Positions 30,334 through 40,651 of a stretch of 64,000 bases of DNA are shown one piece after another; position 1 is the first letter of the stretch, and each line of letters begins with the position of its first letter. The notes beneath the pieces are model-generated. The model saw only the letters and a program-made list of their open reading frames with translations. It had not been told where the DNA came from and ran no database searches. Source of the stretch: Candidatus Spyradocola sp. (lineage in GTDB: Bacteria > Bacillota > Clostridia > Christensenellales > UBA1750); the NCBI GenBank assembly GCA_050942925.1, contig JBMNOF010000001.1, forward strand, positions 2,823 to 66,822, given 5' to 3'. The translations under genes and the position numbers were made by a program.

Positions 30334-31397
30334 ACGCTCACTCCAAATATCCGCAAAATATCCCGTCCCGTCAAAACGACGATGAGCCCAAGGAGCAGCA
30401 CCAGCCCGACAAAGTGCACGATGGCCTCGTGCTTGCGGGAAAGGTGCTTGCCGGACACGGCCTCCACCGCCAGCAGCACCACGCGGCCGCCGTCCAGCGC
30501 CGGCAGGGGCAGCAGGTTCATCAGGCCCAGGTTCATCGAGATGATGACGGCCAGGTTCAGCACCATGGTCATGCCGTCCATAAAGGACTGCGCAAAGGAG
30601 GCCTGCGTGTACTCCGTCATGAGGGAGACGGTGCCCACGGGACCGGCCACCTGGTCCAGAACGTCGCTGCGGGTAAACATCTGCCCAAGCGTCTGGACCA
30701 TGAGCTTGAGCATCTCCGCGCAATAGGTCACGGACGAGCGCACGGCATGCCAAAGGCTCGTGCGCACGCGCTCGGTGCCAAAGGTGATGCCCATGAGGTA
30801 GCGGCTGCTCGCCTCGTCGTACGCCTTGCCGACGGTGACGTCAAAGGTTTCGCCGTCGCGCTCTATGGTCAGCAGGACGTCCGCGTCGCCGGTCTCGCCG
30901 ATCGCGGCGCTGACGTCCTCGGCCTTCTCGTAGGGCTGGCCGTTGACGCCCACGATCTTATCCCCGACCTCGATGCCTGCCGCGGCCGCGGGGGTGCCGT
31001 CCGTGACGGTGTCGATGCGGTTGACCACGGCGTACTCGCCGATGACCGCCATGAGGACGACCGCGAGCACCAGCGCCAAAACAAAGTTCATGATTGGGCC
31101 GGCGGCGGTCATGATCAGGCGCTTCCAAGCGGGCTGCAGGTTGATGTTATCCGGGTCCTCCGGCTCATCGTCCGCGCTCTCCCCGATGAAGGCGCAAAAG
31201 CCTCCGACGGGCAGCGCGCGGACGGAATAGTCCGTGCCGTTTCGGCGCCAGCCGAAGACCTTCGGCCCCATGCCGATGGCGAACTCCACGACGTGCAGGC
31301 CGCAGGCCCGCGCCGCCAGAAAATGGCCGAGCTCGTGCACAAAGATGCAGATGCCCAGCACCACAAGCGCAAGGATGACATAGAGAATTGTGCTCAT
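30330..31397 (-). CDS. rseP: RIP metalloprotease RseP (M50 + PDZ)
   Basis: HELGH, FAIGMGP, AGPIMN, PDZ, NLLPLPALDGG. Confidence 0.93.
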   Translation of the reverse strand: MSTILYVILALVVLGICIFVHELGHFLAARACGLHVVEFAIGMGPKVFGWRRNGTDYSVRALPVGGFCAFIGESADDEPEDPDNINLQPAWKRLIMTAAGPIMNFVLALVLAVVLMAVIGEYAVVNRIDTVTDGTPAAAAGIEVGDKIVGVNGQPYEKAEDVSAAIGETGDADVLLTIERDGETFDVTVGKAYDEASSRYLMGITFGTERVRTSLWHAVRSSVTYCAEMLKLMVQTLGQMFTRSDVLDQVAGPVGTVSLMTEYTQASFAQSFMDGMTMVLNLAVIISMNLGLMNLLPLPALDGGRVVLLAVEAVSGKHLSRKHEAIVHFVGLVLLLGLIVVLTGRDILRIFGVSV

Positions 31398-31431
31398 TGT
31401 TCTTTTGGCTTCCCCCTTTGCAAGGAAAAGA

Positions 31432-32577
31432 TCAGTCGGTCCACCTCTTTGCGATGGCAAGAGCGGTTTCCCGGGCGCGCCGGTCGGCCTCCAAAACGTC
31501 GGAGACTTCGCGCACGGGCCGGACGCTCTCCCGGCTTAGGGTTTCCGCGAGCAGATCCGCAATGCGGAAGAAGGGAAGTTTTTCTTGCAGGACCAGGTCC
31601 ACGGCGACCTCGTTTGCGCCGTTGAGGGTCACGGGCGCCGTTCCGCCCGCCCGCAAGACCTCCCAAGCGAGGGCAAGGGCGGGAAAGCGCGCAAAATCCG
31701 GCGCCTCAAACGTGAGCGCGCCGGCGCGCGTCAGGTCCAGGCGCTCTCCGACGTTCCCCAGACGGTCCGGATAGCTCATGGCATAGGCGATGGGCACTCG
31801 CATGTCCGGCAAGCCCAGCTGGCACAGGAGCGCGCCGTCCGAAAACTCCACGCCGGAATGGACCACGCTCTGCGAATGGATCACGACCTGGATGTTCTCG
31901 GGCGCCATGTCAAAGAGCCAGCGCGCCTCGATCACCTCCAGGGCCTTGTTGACCATGGAGGCGCTGTCGATGGTGATCTTGCGGCCCATGGACCAATTCG
32001 GGTGCCGCAGCGCCTGGGCGACGGTGGCCTTTTCGATCTGCTCGCGGCTCCAAGTTCGGAAAGGCCCTCCGGATGCTGTTAAAACGATCCGGCATGGGTG
32101 CGCGTTCGGCCGTCCCTGGATGCACTGAAAGATCGCGCTGTGCTCGCTGTCCACGGGCAAGAGCGCAACGCCCTTCCGGCGCGCCGCCTCCATCACGAGC
32201 GCGCCGCCGGTGACCAGCGCCTCCTTGTTGGCCAGCAGCACGGTCTTTCCGCACTCGATGGCGCGCAGGACCGCCGGCAGGCCCGCAATCCCCACAATGG
32301 CAACAAGCACCGCATCGACATCCTCGCGCGCGCAGATGTCCAGCAGTGCTTCCTCTCCAAACTTCCATTGACAATCTGCCGTTCCGCAAAACCCTGCGGG
32401 CGGGCAGACCAGCGCCGCAGCCGCGGGTGAAAACTCCCGCACCTGCCCTTCCAAGGCTTCCGCGCTCGAGCGGGCCGCCAGGGCCACCGCGCGGAAGGAC
32501 TCCGGGTGCCTGCGGATGACGTCCAGGCTCTGTGTGCCGATGGACCCCGTGCTGCCCAGAATGGCGATCCTTCGCAT
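31432..32577 (-). CDS. dxr: DXP reductoisomerase
   Basis: ILGSTGSIG, LANKE, PVDSEHSAIFQ, HPNWSMGRKITIDSA. Confidence 0.96.
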   Translation of the reverse strand: MRRIAILGSTGSIGTQSLDVIRRHPESFRAVALAARSSAEALEGQVREFSPAAAALVCPPAGFCGTADCQWKFGEEALLDICAREDVDAVLVAIVGIAGLPAVLRAIECGKTVLLANKEALVTGGALVMEAARRKGVALLPVDSEHSAIFQCIQGRPNAHPCRIVLTASGGPFRTWSREQIEKATVAQALRHPNWSMGRKITIDSASMVNKALEVIEARWLFDMAPENIQVVIHSQSVVHSGVEFSDGALLCQLGLPDMRVPIAYAMSYPDRLGNVGERLDLTRAGALTFEAPDFARFPALALAWEVLRAGGTAPVTLNGANEVAVDLVLQEKLPFFRIADLLAETLSRESVRPVREVSDVLEADRRARETALAIAKRWTD

Positions 32578-32594
32578 TCGTTCCTCCTTGTCCG

Positions 32595-33398
32595 TCAGGC
32601 CGTGACGAGCAGTACAAATACGCACAGCGCCACGGAGTTGTACATGATCCCGTCCATGCGGTCGAGCAGGCCGCCGTGGCCGGGGAAGATCTTTCCGAAG
32701 TCCTTGACCCCGCAAATGCGCTTGATGTAGGAGGCGACGATGTCCCCCACCTGGGTTACGACCGAACCCGCCAGGCCCAGCCCCAGGAACAGCCAAATCG
32801 GCAAGTCGTCGCCCATGTAGACGCTGAACCCATACATCACCAGCGCCGCAAACATTCCGCCCACAAGGCCGCCCACCGCGCCCTCCACGGTCTTGTTGGG
32901 GCTGACCTTGGGGATGAGCTTGTGCTTGCCAAAGGCGCGGCCAAAAAAGAGTGCAAAGCCGTCGCTGCCCACGGACACGGCAAAGGCCATCCACACAAAC
33001 AGCCTCCAGTGCGTGAGCCCGCTCGTGATGAGCAGGCACAGCGCCATGATGGGCAGCGCCGGGTAAAACGCCGGGAGCAGCGCCGCCAACATCTCGCGCG
33101 GGTCCGGCTCGTGCTTGATGGCGGTTGCGGCCATGGCCGTCATGGCGCCGATCATGAGCATGAGCAAAAGCCCCCTGTCCCCGCCCCAAAGATAGGCGGG
33201 CACGAGCAGGAGCACATAGGGGTAATAGACCCACTTGACCGGCCGGAACCCGCCTGCGCAGAGGCTGTGCAATATCTCATATGTTCCCACGAGCAACAAC
33301 AGTACCACATTGATCACGAGCGCTGTTTTTCCGAGCAGAACCATGGTGATGACATAGGCACTCGCCAACAGACCCGTGACCACTCTCTTATGCATCAA
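32595..33398 (-). CDS. cdsA: Phosphatidate cytidylyltransferase
   Basis: SPNKTVEG, GDIVASYIKR..GVKDFG..FPGHGGLLDRMD. Confidence 0.95.
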   Translation of the reverse strand: MMHKRVVTGLLASAYVITMVLLGKTALVINVVLLLLVGTYEILHSLCAGGFRPVKWVYYPYVLLLVPAYLWGGDRGLLLMLMIGAMTAMAATAIKHEPDPREMLAALLPAFYPALPIMALCLLITSGLTHWRLFVWMAFAVSVGSDGFALFFGRAFGKHKLIPKVSPNKTVEGAVGGLVGGMFAALVMYGFSVYMGDDLPIWLFLGLGLAGSVVTQVGDIVASYIKRICGVKDFGKIFPGHGGLLDRMDGIMYNSVALCVFVLLVTA

Positions 33399-33431
33399 TC
33401 CATCCCAATCCCTTTTTTGTTTCTAGGCCGT

Positions 33432-34157
33432 CTAAACCTTGCCAAAGCGCCTGGCGCGGCCAAAATACGTCGCAAGCGCCCGCGCAAAGACCTCCCTTGT
33501 GAAGTCCGGCCAGAACTCCGGGACAAATACAAATTCCGCGTACGCGCACTGGTACAGCAAAAAATTGGAGAGCCGCTCTTCGCCGCTGGTGCGGATGAGC
33601 AGGTCCACGGGCGGAAGGCCCCGGGTGTAGAGCGCGTCCTCAAACGCGGCCTCGTCGATGTCCTCCGGCCGCATTTTCCCGTCCACGCAGGCCTGCGCCA
33701 GCGTCCGCGCCGCGCGGACGATCTCCTGCTGGCTTCCATAGTTGAGCGCGATGTTGAGCTTCAGGCCCGTGTTTCCCGCGGTGCGCGCCATGGCCGCCTC
33801 CGCGGTTTTCCGCTGCAGCTCCGGCACCTGGGTCAAGTCCCCCAGCATCCGGATGCAGACGCCCTTTTTGTCCAGCTCGTCGATCTTTTTGTTGAAGAAT
33901 TCGACGATCAAGCCCATCAGGGCCGCGATTTCGTCCTTGGGCCGCGCCCAATTCTCCGTCGAAAACGCGAAAATTGTCAGCGCCTCAATGCCCCACTCTC
34001 CGCAGGCCGACAGGATGGGCTCCAGCGCGAGGACGCCCTGCCTGTGCCCATATGCGCGCGGCATGCCCTTCTGTTTGGCCCAGCGGCCGTTTCCGTCCAT
34101 GATAATGGCCACGTGCCGTGGCATTGCGGCGCCCTTTGGCGGAAATTCCTCGCTCAT
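33432..34157 (-). CDS. uppS: Undecaprenyl diphosphate synthase
   Basis: HVAIIMDGNGRWA, AFSTENW.R, RTSGEERLSNFLL. Confidence 0.96.
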   Translation of the reverse strand: MSEEFPPKGAAMPRHVAIIMDGNGRWAKQKGMPRAYGHRQGVLALEPILSACGEWGIEALTIFAFSTENWARPKDEIAALMGLIVEFFNKKIDELDKKGVCIRMLGDLTQVPELQRKTAEAAMARTAGNTGLKLNIALNYGSQQEIVRAARTLAQACVDGKMRPEDIDEAAFEDALYTRGLPPVDLLIRTSGEERLSNFLLYQCAYAEFVFVPEFWPDFTREVFARALATYFGRARRFGKV

Positions 34158-34357
34158 TGCTCCTCCTTCAGCACATCTTCAAACGGCGAGACGGTGATTT
34201 CGACCGTCCCGCCGTTTTCCCGAATGCGCACCGTGCGCGCACTGCCCGTCTTATCCGGGTGCCGCGGTGGGCGCGTCCACTTCACGCGGCAGTTTTCCTC
34301 CCCCAGTTGTTCCAACGCGAGGGACAGGGGCAAGCCCAGGGCGGGATGGACCGTCAT
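34154..34357 (-). CDS. Small hypothetical protein (possibly PASTA-like)
   Basis: 67 aa; ATGA overlaps with both the frr stop and the uppS start. Confidence 0.65.
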   Translation of the reverse strand: MTVHPALGLPLSLALEQLGEENCRVKWTRPPRHPDKTGSARTVRIRENGGTVEITVSPFEDVLKEEQ

Positions 34358-34911
34358 ACCTCCATGAGCTCCTTTTCCTTCTCCGCGGTGATGGTGTCGA
34401 TCTCCTTGATGATCTTGTCGGTCGCCTTCTGGATCTTGTCCTCGGCGGCCTTCTGCTCATCCTCGGTGATGGTGTTGTCCTTCTTCATCTTCTTGATCTG
34501 GTCATTGGCGTCGCGGCGGATGGAGCGGACCGCGATCTTGCACTCCTCGGCCAGCTTGCGCGTCTGCTTGACGAGGTCCTTTCTGCGCTCCTCGGTCAGC
34601 TCCGGCAGCAGCAGGCGGATGATCTTGCCGTCGTTGGAGGGATTGATGCCCAGGTCCGACTTCTGGATTTCCTTCTCAATGACCTTGAGCATGCTCTGTT
34701 CCCAAGGGGCGATCTGGATGATGCGCGGCTCGGGAATGGAGATGTTGGCCACCTGGTTAATGGGCGTGGGCGAGCCGTAATAGTCCACGAGGATGCGGTC
34801 CAGCAACTGCGGGTTGGCGCGGCCCGCGCGCATGGACGCCAGTTCTTTTCTATAAACCGCCACGGATTTGTTCATCTTCTCCACCATGGTATCGAGAACC
34901 TGCTTGGTCAT
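34354..34911 (-). CDS. frr: Ribosome recycling factor
   Basis: [22 protein letters not shown]. Confidence 0.97.
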   Translation of the reverse strand: MTKQVLDTMVEKMNKSVAVYRKELASMRAGRANPQLLDRILVDYYGSPTPINQVANISIPEPRIIQIAPWEQSMLKVIEKEIQKSDLGINPSNDGKIIRLLLPELTEERRKDLVKQTRKLAEECKIAVRSIRRDANDQIKKMKKDNTITEDEQKAAEDKIQKATDKIIKEIDTITAEKEKELMEV

Positions 34912-34952
34912 GTGAAAACGCCTCCTCCACTCTCAATGGGTTTGCCATCTCT

Positions 34953-34981
34953 ATTGTATATAATTTGGGATGCAGTGGCAA
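34953..34981 (-). promoter_or_regulatory. sigma-A promoter of frr operon
   Basis: TTGCCA-17 bp-TACAAT. Confidence 0.7.
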
Positions 34982-35035
34982 GTCCTTTCGCCGAAAGATT
35001 GGAAAACATTCTCCCCCATCTGCCGTGCCGTGCAC

Positions 35036-35081
35036 AAAAAAACGCCCCGCACGGGACGCGCAGAGCGCTTGGTGCGGGGCG
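35036..35081 (-). terminator. Rho-independent terminator of the epimerase-hydrolase-ABC operon
   Basis: CGCCCCGCAC/GTGCGGGGCG stem plus T7. Confidence 0.8.
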
Positions 35082-35100
35082 GGTGCAAACGGTTCTTCCC

Positions 35101-36711
35101 TTACTTCCAGGAGAAATCGCGGTACATGAACGCAGAGAACTGCGTGTAGAACGGACCGGGATTCAGGTTGGCGTCGAAGGCGAAGAAGGTCGTCGCGTAG
35201 TAGATCGGGATGTAGGCACGGCACTCGGTGGCCACCTTCATGGCGTTCTGGGTGGAGGCCTCGTCCGTCATCGCGGCAAAGGCCGCCTGCACGTCGGCAT
35301 CGTTGATGCCAGCCAGGTTCAGGCTGGAGCCAGTCTCGTAGAGCTGCGCGAAGGAGCCGAACTGCGAGGTCAGGCCGATGCTGATCATGGCCAGGTCAAA
35401 GTCCTGGATAAAGTAGCGGCTGGAATCCGGCACCTGCTCGATGTTGATCACAAAGTAGGACTGCTCCAGCATCTCCTTCATGATCTCACAACCGGAAACC
35501 CAATCGGGGTAGGCGGACTGCACGATCAGCGTCAGCTCCAGGGGATTGCTCTCGGAGTAGCCAGCCTCGGTCATCAGGGCGTTGGCCTGCTCGACGTCCA
35601 CGGCAACGTGCTCGGCGACGTCCGCGTAGTACTCCACAAGGGGCGTGGCCATGTTGTAGGCCGGGGTGCCGGCATCGCCGCTGGCAATGGTCGCCAGTTC
35701 GTCGATGTTCAAGCAGTGGGCAATGGCGTCACGCACGCGCTGGTCAGAGGTCGGCGTGCCCTCCACGCAGTTGCAAATCAAGAACGCGACGTTGTTGAGC
35801 ACCTGCTCCTGGGTCAGGACATTGTCATACTCCTTGATGATCTGGTAGTTGGAAGCGCCGTACATCGCATAGTCCAGGTCGCCTGCCTCAAACGCGGTCT
35901 CCTGGCTGCCGGTGATGTACTTGAAGTAGATGGTGTCGATGGAAGCGGGCGACCAAGCGTCCTCAAAGCGGGTCAGGGTCACGTCGCCGTTGGCGCTGAT
36001 CTCCTCCACCTTGTAGGAGCCGGTGCCGTCCACGTTCAGGCCCAGGTCTTCGTTGGGGTCGCTGATGATCGTCTCGCAGTAGGACTGGTTGACGATGGCC
36101 ATGGTCTGGATGTAGGGCATCAGGTCATGGAAACCCGCACCCGCACCCGCGCCGGGGAAGGTGAGGGTCAGGTGCGTGTCATCCGTCACCGTGATCTCCA
36201 TCGCGCCCACAAGGACGGAGCACAGCGGAGAGTTCGTGCAGCGGGACAGCGTATATGCCACGTCCTGCGCGGTCAGGATATCGCCAGAGTGGAACTTGAC
36301 ATTGCTGCGAAGGGTGACGTCCACGCTGCCATCCTCATTCTCCACATAGGACTCTGCCAGAGCGCAGACGATGTTGCTGTCGTTGTCCAGGTAGAACAGC
36401 GGGTCGTAGACGTTGACGATGACGTTGTCCTCGGCCTGCTTCATGAAGAGCTCGGGGTCCAGCGTCGTGATCTGGTCAATCAGCGCAACGGTAAAGGAAT
36501 TATCCGCCTGGCCGCTGGTGGTGGGGCGGGTCTTTCCGGAGTTGCCGGTGGTGGGTTCGGCACTTTCCGTTCCCTCATCGGTTCCCGCGCTCTCGGTGGG
36601 CGCGGCGGACTCGTCGCTGCTCGGCGCCTGCGTGCTGGAGCAGGCCGTCAGCGTGCAGAGCGCGACGACCAGCGCCAACAGGAGCGCCAGAATAGATTTG
36701 CTCTTGTTCAT
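35101..36711 (-). CDS. ABC substrate-binding lipoprotein, family 5 (Opp/Dpp-like)
   Basis: LTAC lipobox; TLDP, YDPLF, KFHSGDILTAQDV, GTGSY, RVRDAI; very acidic. Confidence 0.88.
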   Translation of the reverse strand: MNKSKSILALLLALVVALCTLTACSSTQAPSSDESAAPTESAGTDEGTESAEPTTGNSGKTRPTTSGQADNSFTVALIDQITTLDPELFMKQAEDNVIVNVYDPLFYLDNDSNIVCALAESYVENEDGSVDVTLRSNVKFHSGDILTAQDVAYTLSRCTNSPLCSVLVGAMEITVTDDTHLTLTFPGAGAGAGFHDLMPYIQTMAIVNQSYCETIISDPNEDLGLNVDGTGSYKVEEISANGDVTLTRFEDAWSPASIDTIYFKYITGSQETAFEAGDLDYAMYGASNYQIIKEYDNVLTQEQVLNNVAFLICNCVEGTPTSDQRVRDAIAHCLNIDELATIASGDAGTPAYNMATPLVEYYADVAEHVAVDVEQANALMTEAGYSESNPLELTLIVQSAYPDWVSGCEIMKEMLEQSYFVINIEQVPDSSRYFIQDFDLAMISIGLTSQFGSFAQLYETGSSLNLAGINDADVQAAFAAMTDEASTQNAMKVATECRAYIPIYYATTFFAFDANLNPGPFYTQFSAFMYRDFSWK

Positions 36712-36803
36712 TGTGTTTCACCCTTCCATTTCGGATCGAATTTCTGTGCCTGCAACGCCTGCAGGCGCAAATTTCAAAGCGCAATGCGCCTGAAATCCAT
36801 GGT

Positions 36804-37805
36804 TTAGTCGAACAGGTGGCACTTGACGAAGTGGTTCTCCTCGACCGAATGCCACTGCGGCTCCTCCTCGCAGCGCTTCTGCGCGTAGGGACAGCGCCCG
36901 CGGAAACGGCAGCCCTTGGGCGGGTCCACGGGCGAGGGCACGTCGCCCTCCAGGATGATGCGCTGCTTTTTCTGCTTTTCCGCCGCGGTAAAGGCGGGGG
37001 TTGCGGAGAAGAGGGCCTTGGTATAGGGGTGCGCGCGGTTGCGGTAGACGGTTTCCATCGTGCCGCGCTCGACGATCTGCCCCAGGTACATGACGATGAT
37101 CTCGTCGGAGATGAAGTGGATGATGTTCAAATCGTGCGAGATGAACAGATAGGTCAGGCGAAGCTCGTCCTGCAGGTCCTTGAGCAGGTTGATGATCTGC
37201 GCCTGAATGGAGACGTCCAGCGCGGAGACCGCCTCGTCGCAGACGACGAACTCCGGGTTTGTGGCCAGGGCGCGCGCGATGCAGATGCGCTGCCGCTGGC
37301 CGCCGGAAAACTGGTGCGGGTAGTGCGAGGCCATCTCCGGATAGAGGCCGCACATCGACATGAGGCGCTCGACCTTTTCCGCGCGCTCCGCACGGCTGGA
37401 GGCCAGGCCGAAGTTGTCGATGGGCTCGGCGATGATGTCGCCTGCGCGCATGCGCGGGTCCAGCGAGGAGTACGGGTCCTGCCAGACCAGCTGCATCTTC
37501 TTGACGTAGGGGCGGCGCTCCCTTGCGGAAAGCGTGGTGATGTCCCGTCCCTCATAGAAGATCTTGCCGCTAGTGGGATGGTAGATGTCCAGCAGCATCT
37601 TGCCGACGGTGGACTTGCCGCAGCCGCTCTCTCCGACGACGCCCAGGGTCTTGCCCTTGGGCACGCTGAAGGAGACGTCGTCCGCGGCGTGAATCCAGCT
37701 GGTTGGCCGGCCGAGGGCGTCGGATGCGGCCGGGAAGTGCATGGTCAGGCTTTCCGCCTTAAGAAAGTAATTTTCGTCCGTGCTGGTTCGAAACTGCTCG
37801 GTCAC
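36804..37805 (-). CDS. Peptide ABC transporter ATPase (OppF/DppF-like)
   Basis: GESGCGKS, FSGGQRQR, HPYT, C-terminal Cys cluster; GTG start. Confidence 0.92.
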   Translation of the reverse strand: MTEQFRTSTDENYFLKAESLTMHFPAASDALGRPTSWIHAADDVSFSVPKGKTLGVVGESGCGKSTVGKMLLDIYHPTSGKIFYEGRDITTLSARERRPYVKKMQLVWQDPYSSLDPRMRAGDIIAEPIDNFGLASSRAERAEKVERLMSMCGLYPEMASHYPHQFSGGQRQRICIARALATNPEFVVCDEAVSALDVSIQAQIINLLKDLQDELRLTYLFISHDLNIIHFISDEIIVMYLGQIVERGTMETVYRNRAHPYTKALFSATPAFTAAEKQKKQRIILEGDVPSPVDPPKGCRFRGRCPYAQKRCEEEPQWHSVEENHFVKCHLFD

Positions 37806-38812
37806 TGCTCCGCGCCTCCTTCCTTTGCGGTTTTCCGCCAGTTGTGGCAAGCGATGCTGTGGCCGCTGCCCGCCTGCTCAAACTCGGGGAAGACGTCGCG
37901 GCAGATATCGCTGGCATAGGCACAGCGGTTGTTAAAGGGGCAGCCCGCGGGCATATCCCGCAGCGTGGGCACGCTTCCGGGGATGACCTTGAGGCGGTCG
38001 CCGTCGTAATCGGGATTGGGGTGGGAGTCGATGAGTCCCACGGTATAGGGATGGCGGGGCTTGGTGAACAGCTCGTCCACATCCGCCTCCTCGCAGACCC
38101 GTCCGCCGTACATGATGAGCACGCGGTCCGCCATCTCGCTGATGACGCCCAGGTCGTGCGTGATGAAGATGATGGAGGTGCCGATCTCGTGCTTGAGCTC
38201 GTTCATCAGGTCCAGAACCTGCGCCTGGATGGTGACGTCCAGGGCCGTGGTCGGCTCGTCGCAGATGAGGAGCTTGGGCCGGGTGATCAGGGCCATGGCG
38301 ATCATGGCGCGCTGCCGCATGCCGCCCGAGAGCGCGAAGGGATAGGTCTTGAGAATCCGCTCCGGGTTCGGGATCTTGACGCGGCGCAGGGCCTCCAGGC
38401 TCCTGGCGTAGGCCTCGCTCTTCTCCATGCGGGGGTTGTGCACGCGCAGGGCTTCCATGAGCTGGTCGCCGATGGTGAACAGCGGGTTCATGGCGGTCAT
38501 CGGCTCCTGAAAGACCATGGCGATCTCGTTGCCCCGGATGGGCCGGAGCTGCTTGGGCGTCATGTGCAGGAGGTCCTTGCCGTCAAAGAGGATCTGCCCC
38601 GAGGGATAGCGCGTGCGGCTTGCCGGGTTCAGCTGCAGGATGGACATGCAGGTCACGGACTTGCCACAGCCGCTTTCGCCGACGATTCCCAGCGTCTCGC
38701 CCTTGTAGAGGTCGAAGGAGACATGGCGCACGGCGTGCAGAGAGGTCTTCCGATCCATGCGGAAGTCCACCGACAGGTCGACGACCTGCAGCAGCGGTTT
38801 CTTTTCTTCCAT
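37802..38812 (-). CDS. Peptide ABC transporter ATPase (OppD/DppD-like)
   Basis: GESGCGKS, LSGGMRQR, DEPTTALDVT, HPYT, Cys cluster. Confidence 0.92.
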   Translation of the reverse strand: MEEKKPLLQVVDLSVDFRMDRKTSLHAVRHVSFDLYKGETLGIVGESGCGKSVTCMSILQLNPASRTRYPSGQILFDGKDLLHMTPKQLRPIRGNEIAMVFQEPMTAMNPLFTIGDQLMEALRVHNPRMEKSEAYARSLEALRRVKIPNPERILKTYPFALSGGMRQRAMIAMALITRPKLLICDEPTTALDVTIQAQVLDLMNELKHEIGTSIIFITHDLGVISEMADRVLIMYGGRVCEEADVDELFTKPRHPYTVGLIDSHPNPDYDGDRLKVIPGSVPTLRDMPAGCPFNNRCAYASDICRDVFPEFEQAGSGHSIACHNWRKTAKEGGAEQ

Positions 38813-38825
38813 ATGCTCCCTCCTT

Positions 38826-39710
38826 TTATTTCTGGGCCTGGGGGTCCAGCGCGTCGCGCAGGCCGTCGCCCACCAGGTTGATGGACAGCGCCGTCAGCGC
38901 GATGGCAAGGCCCGGGAAGATCGCCATGTAGGGCGCGGTGCGGAAATACTGCTGCGCGTAGTTAAGCATGGCGCCCCACTCCGGGTTCGGCGGCGCAATG
39001 CCGACGCCGATGAAGGACAAGCCTGCGGCCGAGAGCATCATGCTGGAGATGGTCATCGTCGCGTCGACGATGATGGGGTCCAGCGCATTGGGCAGGATGT
39101 GCTTGACGACCAGCTTGAGCGGCTTGGTCCCGCTCACGCGCGCCGCCTTGACGTAATCCTGCTCCACGACCCCGAGCACCACCGCGCGGATGCGCAGCAC
39201 AAATCCCGGAACCGAAACCAGCGTCAGCGTCAGCACCATGTTGAACACGCTGCCGCCCAGCACGGTCAAGAGCACCAGCGCAAGAAGGATCGTCGGCACG
39301 CAGGTGATGACGTCCACCACGCGCATGATGAGGAAATCCGCCTTCTTGGACATGGCGCACACCGAGGCGATGGCCGCGCCGATGACCAGCGAAAGGAGCG
39401 TCGCGCCCACGCCGATGCCCACCGAGATCCGCGCGCCGTAGAGCACGCGCGCGAACAGATCGCGGCCCAGGTTATCCGTACCGAAGGGATGCGCCGCGCT
39501 GGGCGGCTCCAGCCTTGCCTGCGTATCGTAGGCGGTGACCATCTCCTCCGGAACAATCAGGTTGGCCGTGAGGCATGCAAGCAGGATGACGATCAGGATG
39601 ACCCCGCCGATGACAGCCGCGGGGTTTCGCATATAACGCTTGGCGACGTCGGCAAAGAGGCTGCTCCTCCGGCTGCCCGCCATGCGCTTGAATGTTTTCT
39701 CCGCTCTCAT
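38826..39710 (-). CDS. Peptide ABC permease (OppC/DppC-like)
   Basis: HPFGTDNLGRD, DYVKAARVSG, PEWGAML, GDGLRDALDP. Confidence 0.92.
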   Translation of the reverse strand: MRAEKTFKRMAGSRRSSLFADVAKRYMRNPAAVIGGVILIVILLACLTANLIVPEEMVTAYDTQARLEPPSAAHPFGTDNLGRDLFARVLYGARISVGIGVGATLLSLVIGAAIASVCAMSKKADFLIMRVVDVITCVPTILLALVLLTVLGGSVFNMVLTLTLVSVPGFVLRIRAVVLGVVEQDYVKAARVSGTKPLKLVVKHILPNALDPIIVDATMTISSMMLSAAGLSFIGVGIAPPNPEWGAMLNYAQQYFRTAPYMAIFPGLAIALTALSINLVGDGLRDALDPQAQK

Positions 39711-40633
39711 TTCTTGTACCGCGCTCCAATCTTGGGGTCAATCAGGGCATAGCAGATGTCCATGAGCACCATGGCGCACATGAAGATCAGCGACAGCAGG
39801 AACGCACACGTCATGACGACCGGCACGTTCTTTTCATTCACAGCCGTGAGCATGTACATGCCCACGCCCGGGATGGTGAAGATCTGCTCGACGATGACGG
39901 AACCGCCCAGCGTCGAAGCAAGGCCCGTGATCAGGAGCGTGATGATGGGCAGGCACGCGTTCTTGAGCGCATGCTTCCAGATGACCCGCTTTTCGCTGCA
40001 GCCCTTGGCGCGCGCCGTGCGGATGTAGTCCTGCGTCATGGCGTCCAGCATGGACGAGCGCGTCATGCGGCTAAGGATCGGGATGTTGGCAAGAACCAGC
40101 GTCGTCACCGGCATGATGTAAGAGGTAAAGCCCTCTATGCCGAACGATGGCAGCCAGCCCTTGTAGACCGCAAAGAACAGAATCATCAGCACCGCGACGA
40201 AGAACGACGGCACCGAGGCGAATGTCACCGCGAAGATCGTCACCGTCGTATCCAGGAAGGAATACTGCTTGATGGCGCTCAAGATGCCCAACGACACGCC
40301 GATGACAGCCGAAATGCAGAAGGCCCAGGTGCCCACGCGGATCGTCAGGGGGAACCGCGTCGCAAGCTCGGTAAAGACGTTCTCCTGCGAGGTGTAGGAA
40401 AGAACGTTGCCCGTCAGCAGCCCGTGCAGGTAGTTGCCGAACCGCTCCATCAGGCTGCCGGTGAATCCCACGCGCTCGTTAAAGGCGTCCTTGACATCCT
40501 GGGGCGTGGTCATGGGCAGCACGTTGCTGGCGGGATCGCCCGGCGTCAGCGACATGATGAGGAAGATCATCAGGATCACGCAAAACAGCATGGGGATCAT
40601 GTAGAGGAGTCGTTTGACAATATATCGCGACAT
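39707..40633 (-). CDS. Peptide ABC permease (OppB/DppB-like)
   Basis: PGDPA, DYIRTARAKG, KHALKNA, DICYALIDP. Confidence 0.92.
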   Translation of the reverse strand: MSRYIVKRLLYMIPMLFCVILMIFLIMSLTPGDPASNVLPMTTPQDVKDAFNERVGFTGSLMERFGNYLHGLLTGNVLSYTSQENVFTELATRFPLTIRVGTWAFCISAVIGVSLGILSAIKQYSFLDTTVTIFAVTFASVPSFFVAVLMILFFAVYKGWLPSFGIEGFTSYIMPVTTLVLANIPILSRMTRSSMLDAMTQDYIRTARAKGCSEKRVIWKHALKNACLPIITLLITGLASTLGGSVIVEQIFTIPGVGMYMLTAVNEKNVPVVMTCAFLLSLIFMCAMVLMDICYALIDPKIGARYKK

Positions 40634-40651
40634 GAATTCACCGCCCCATTC

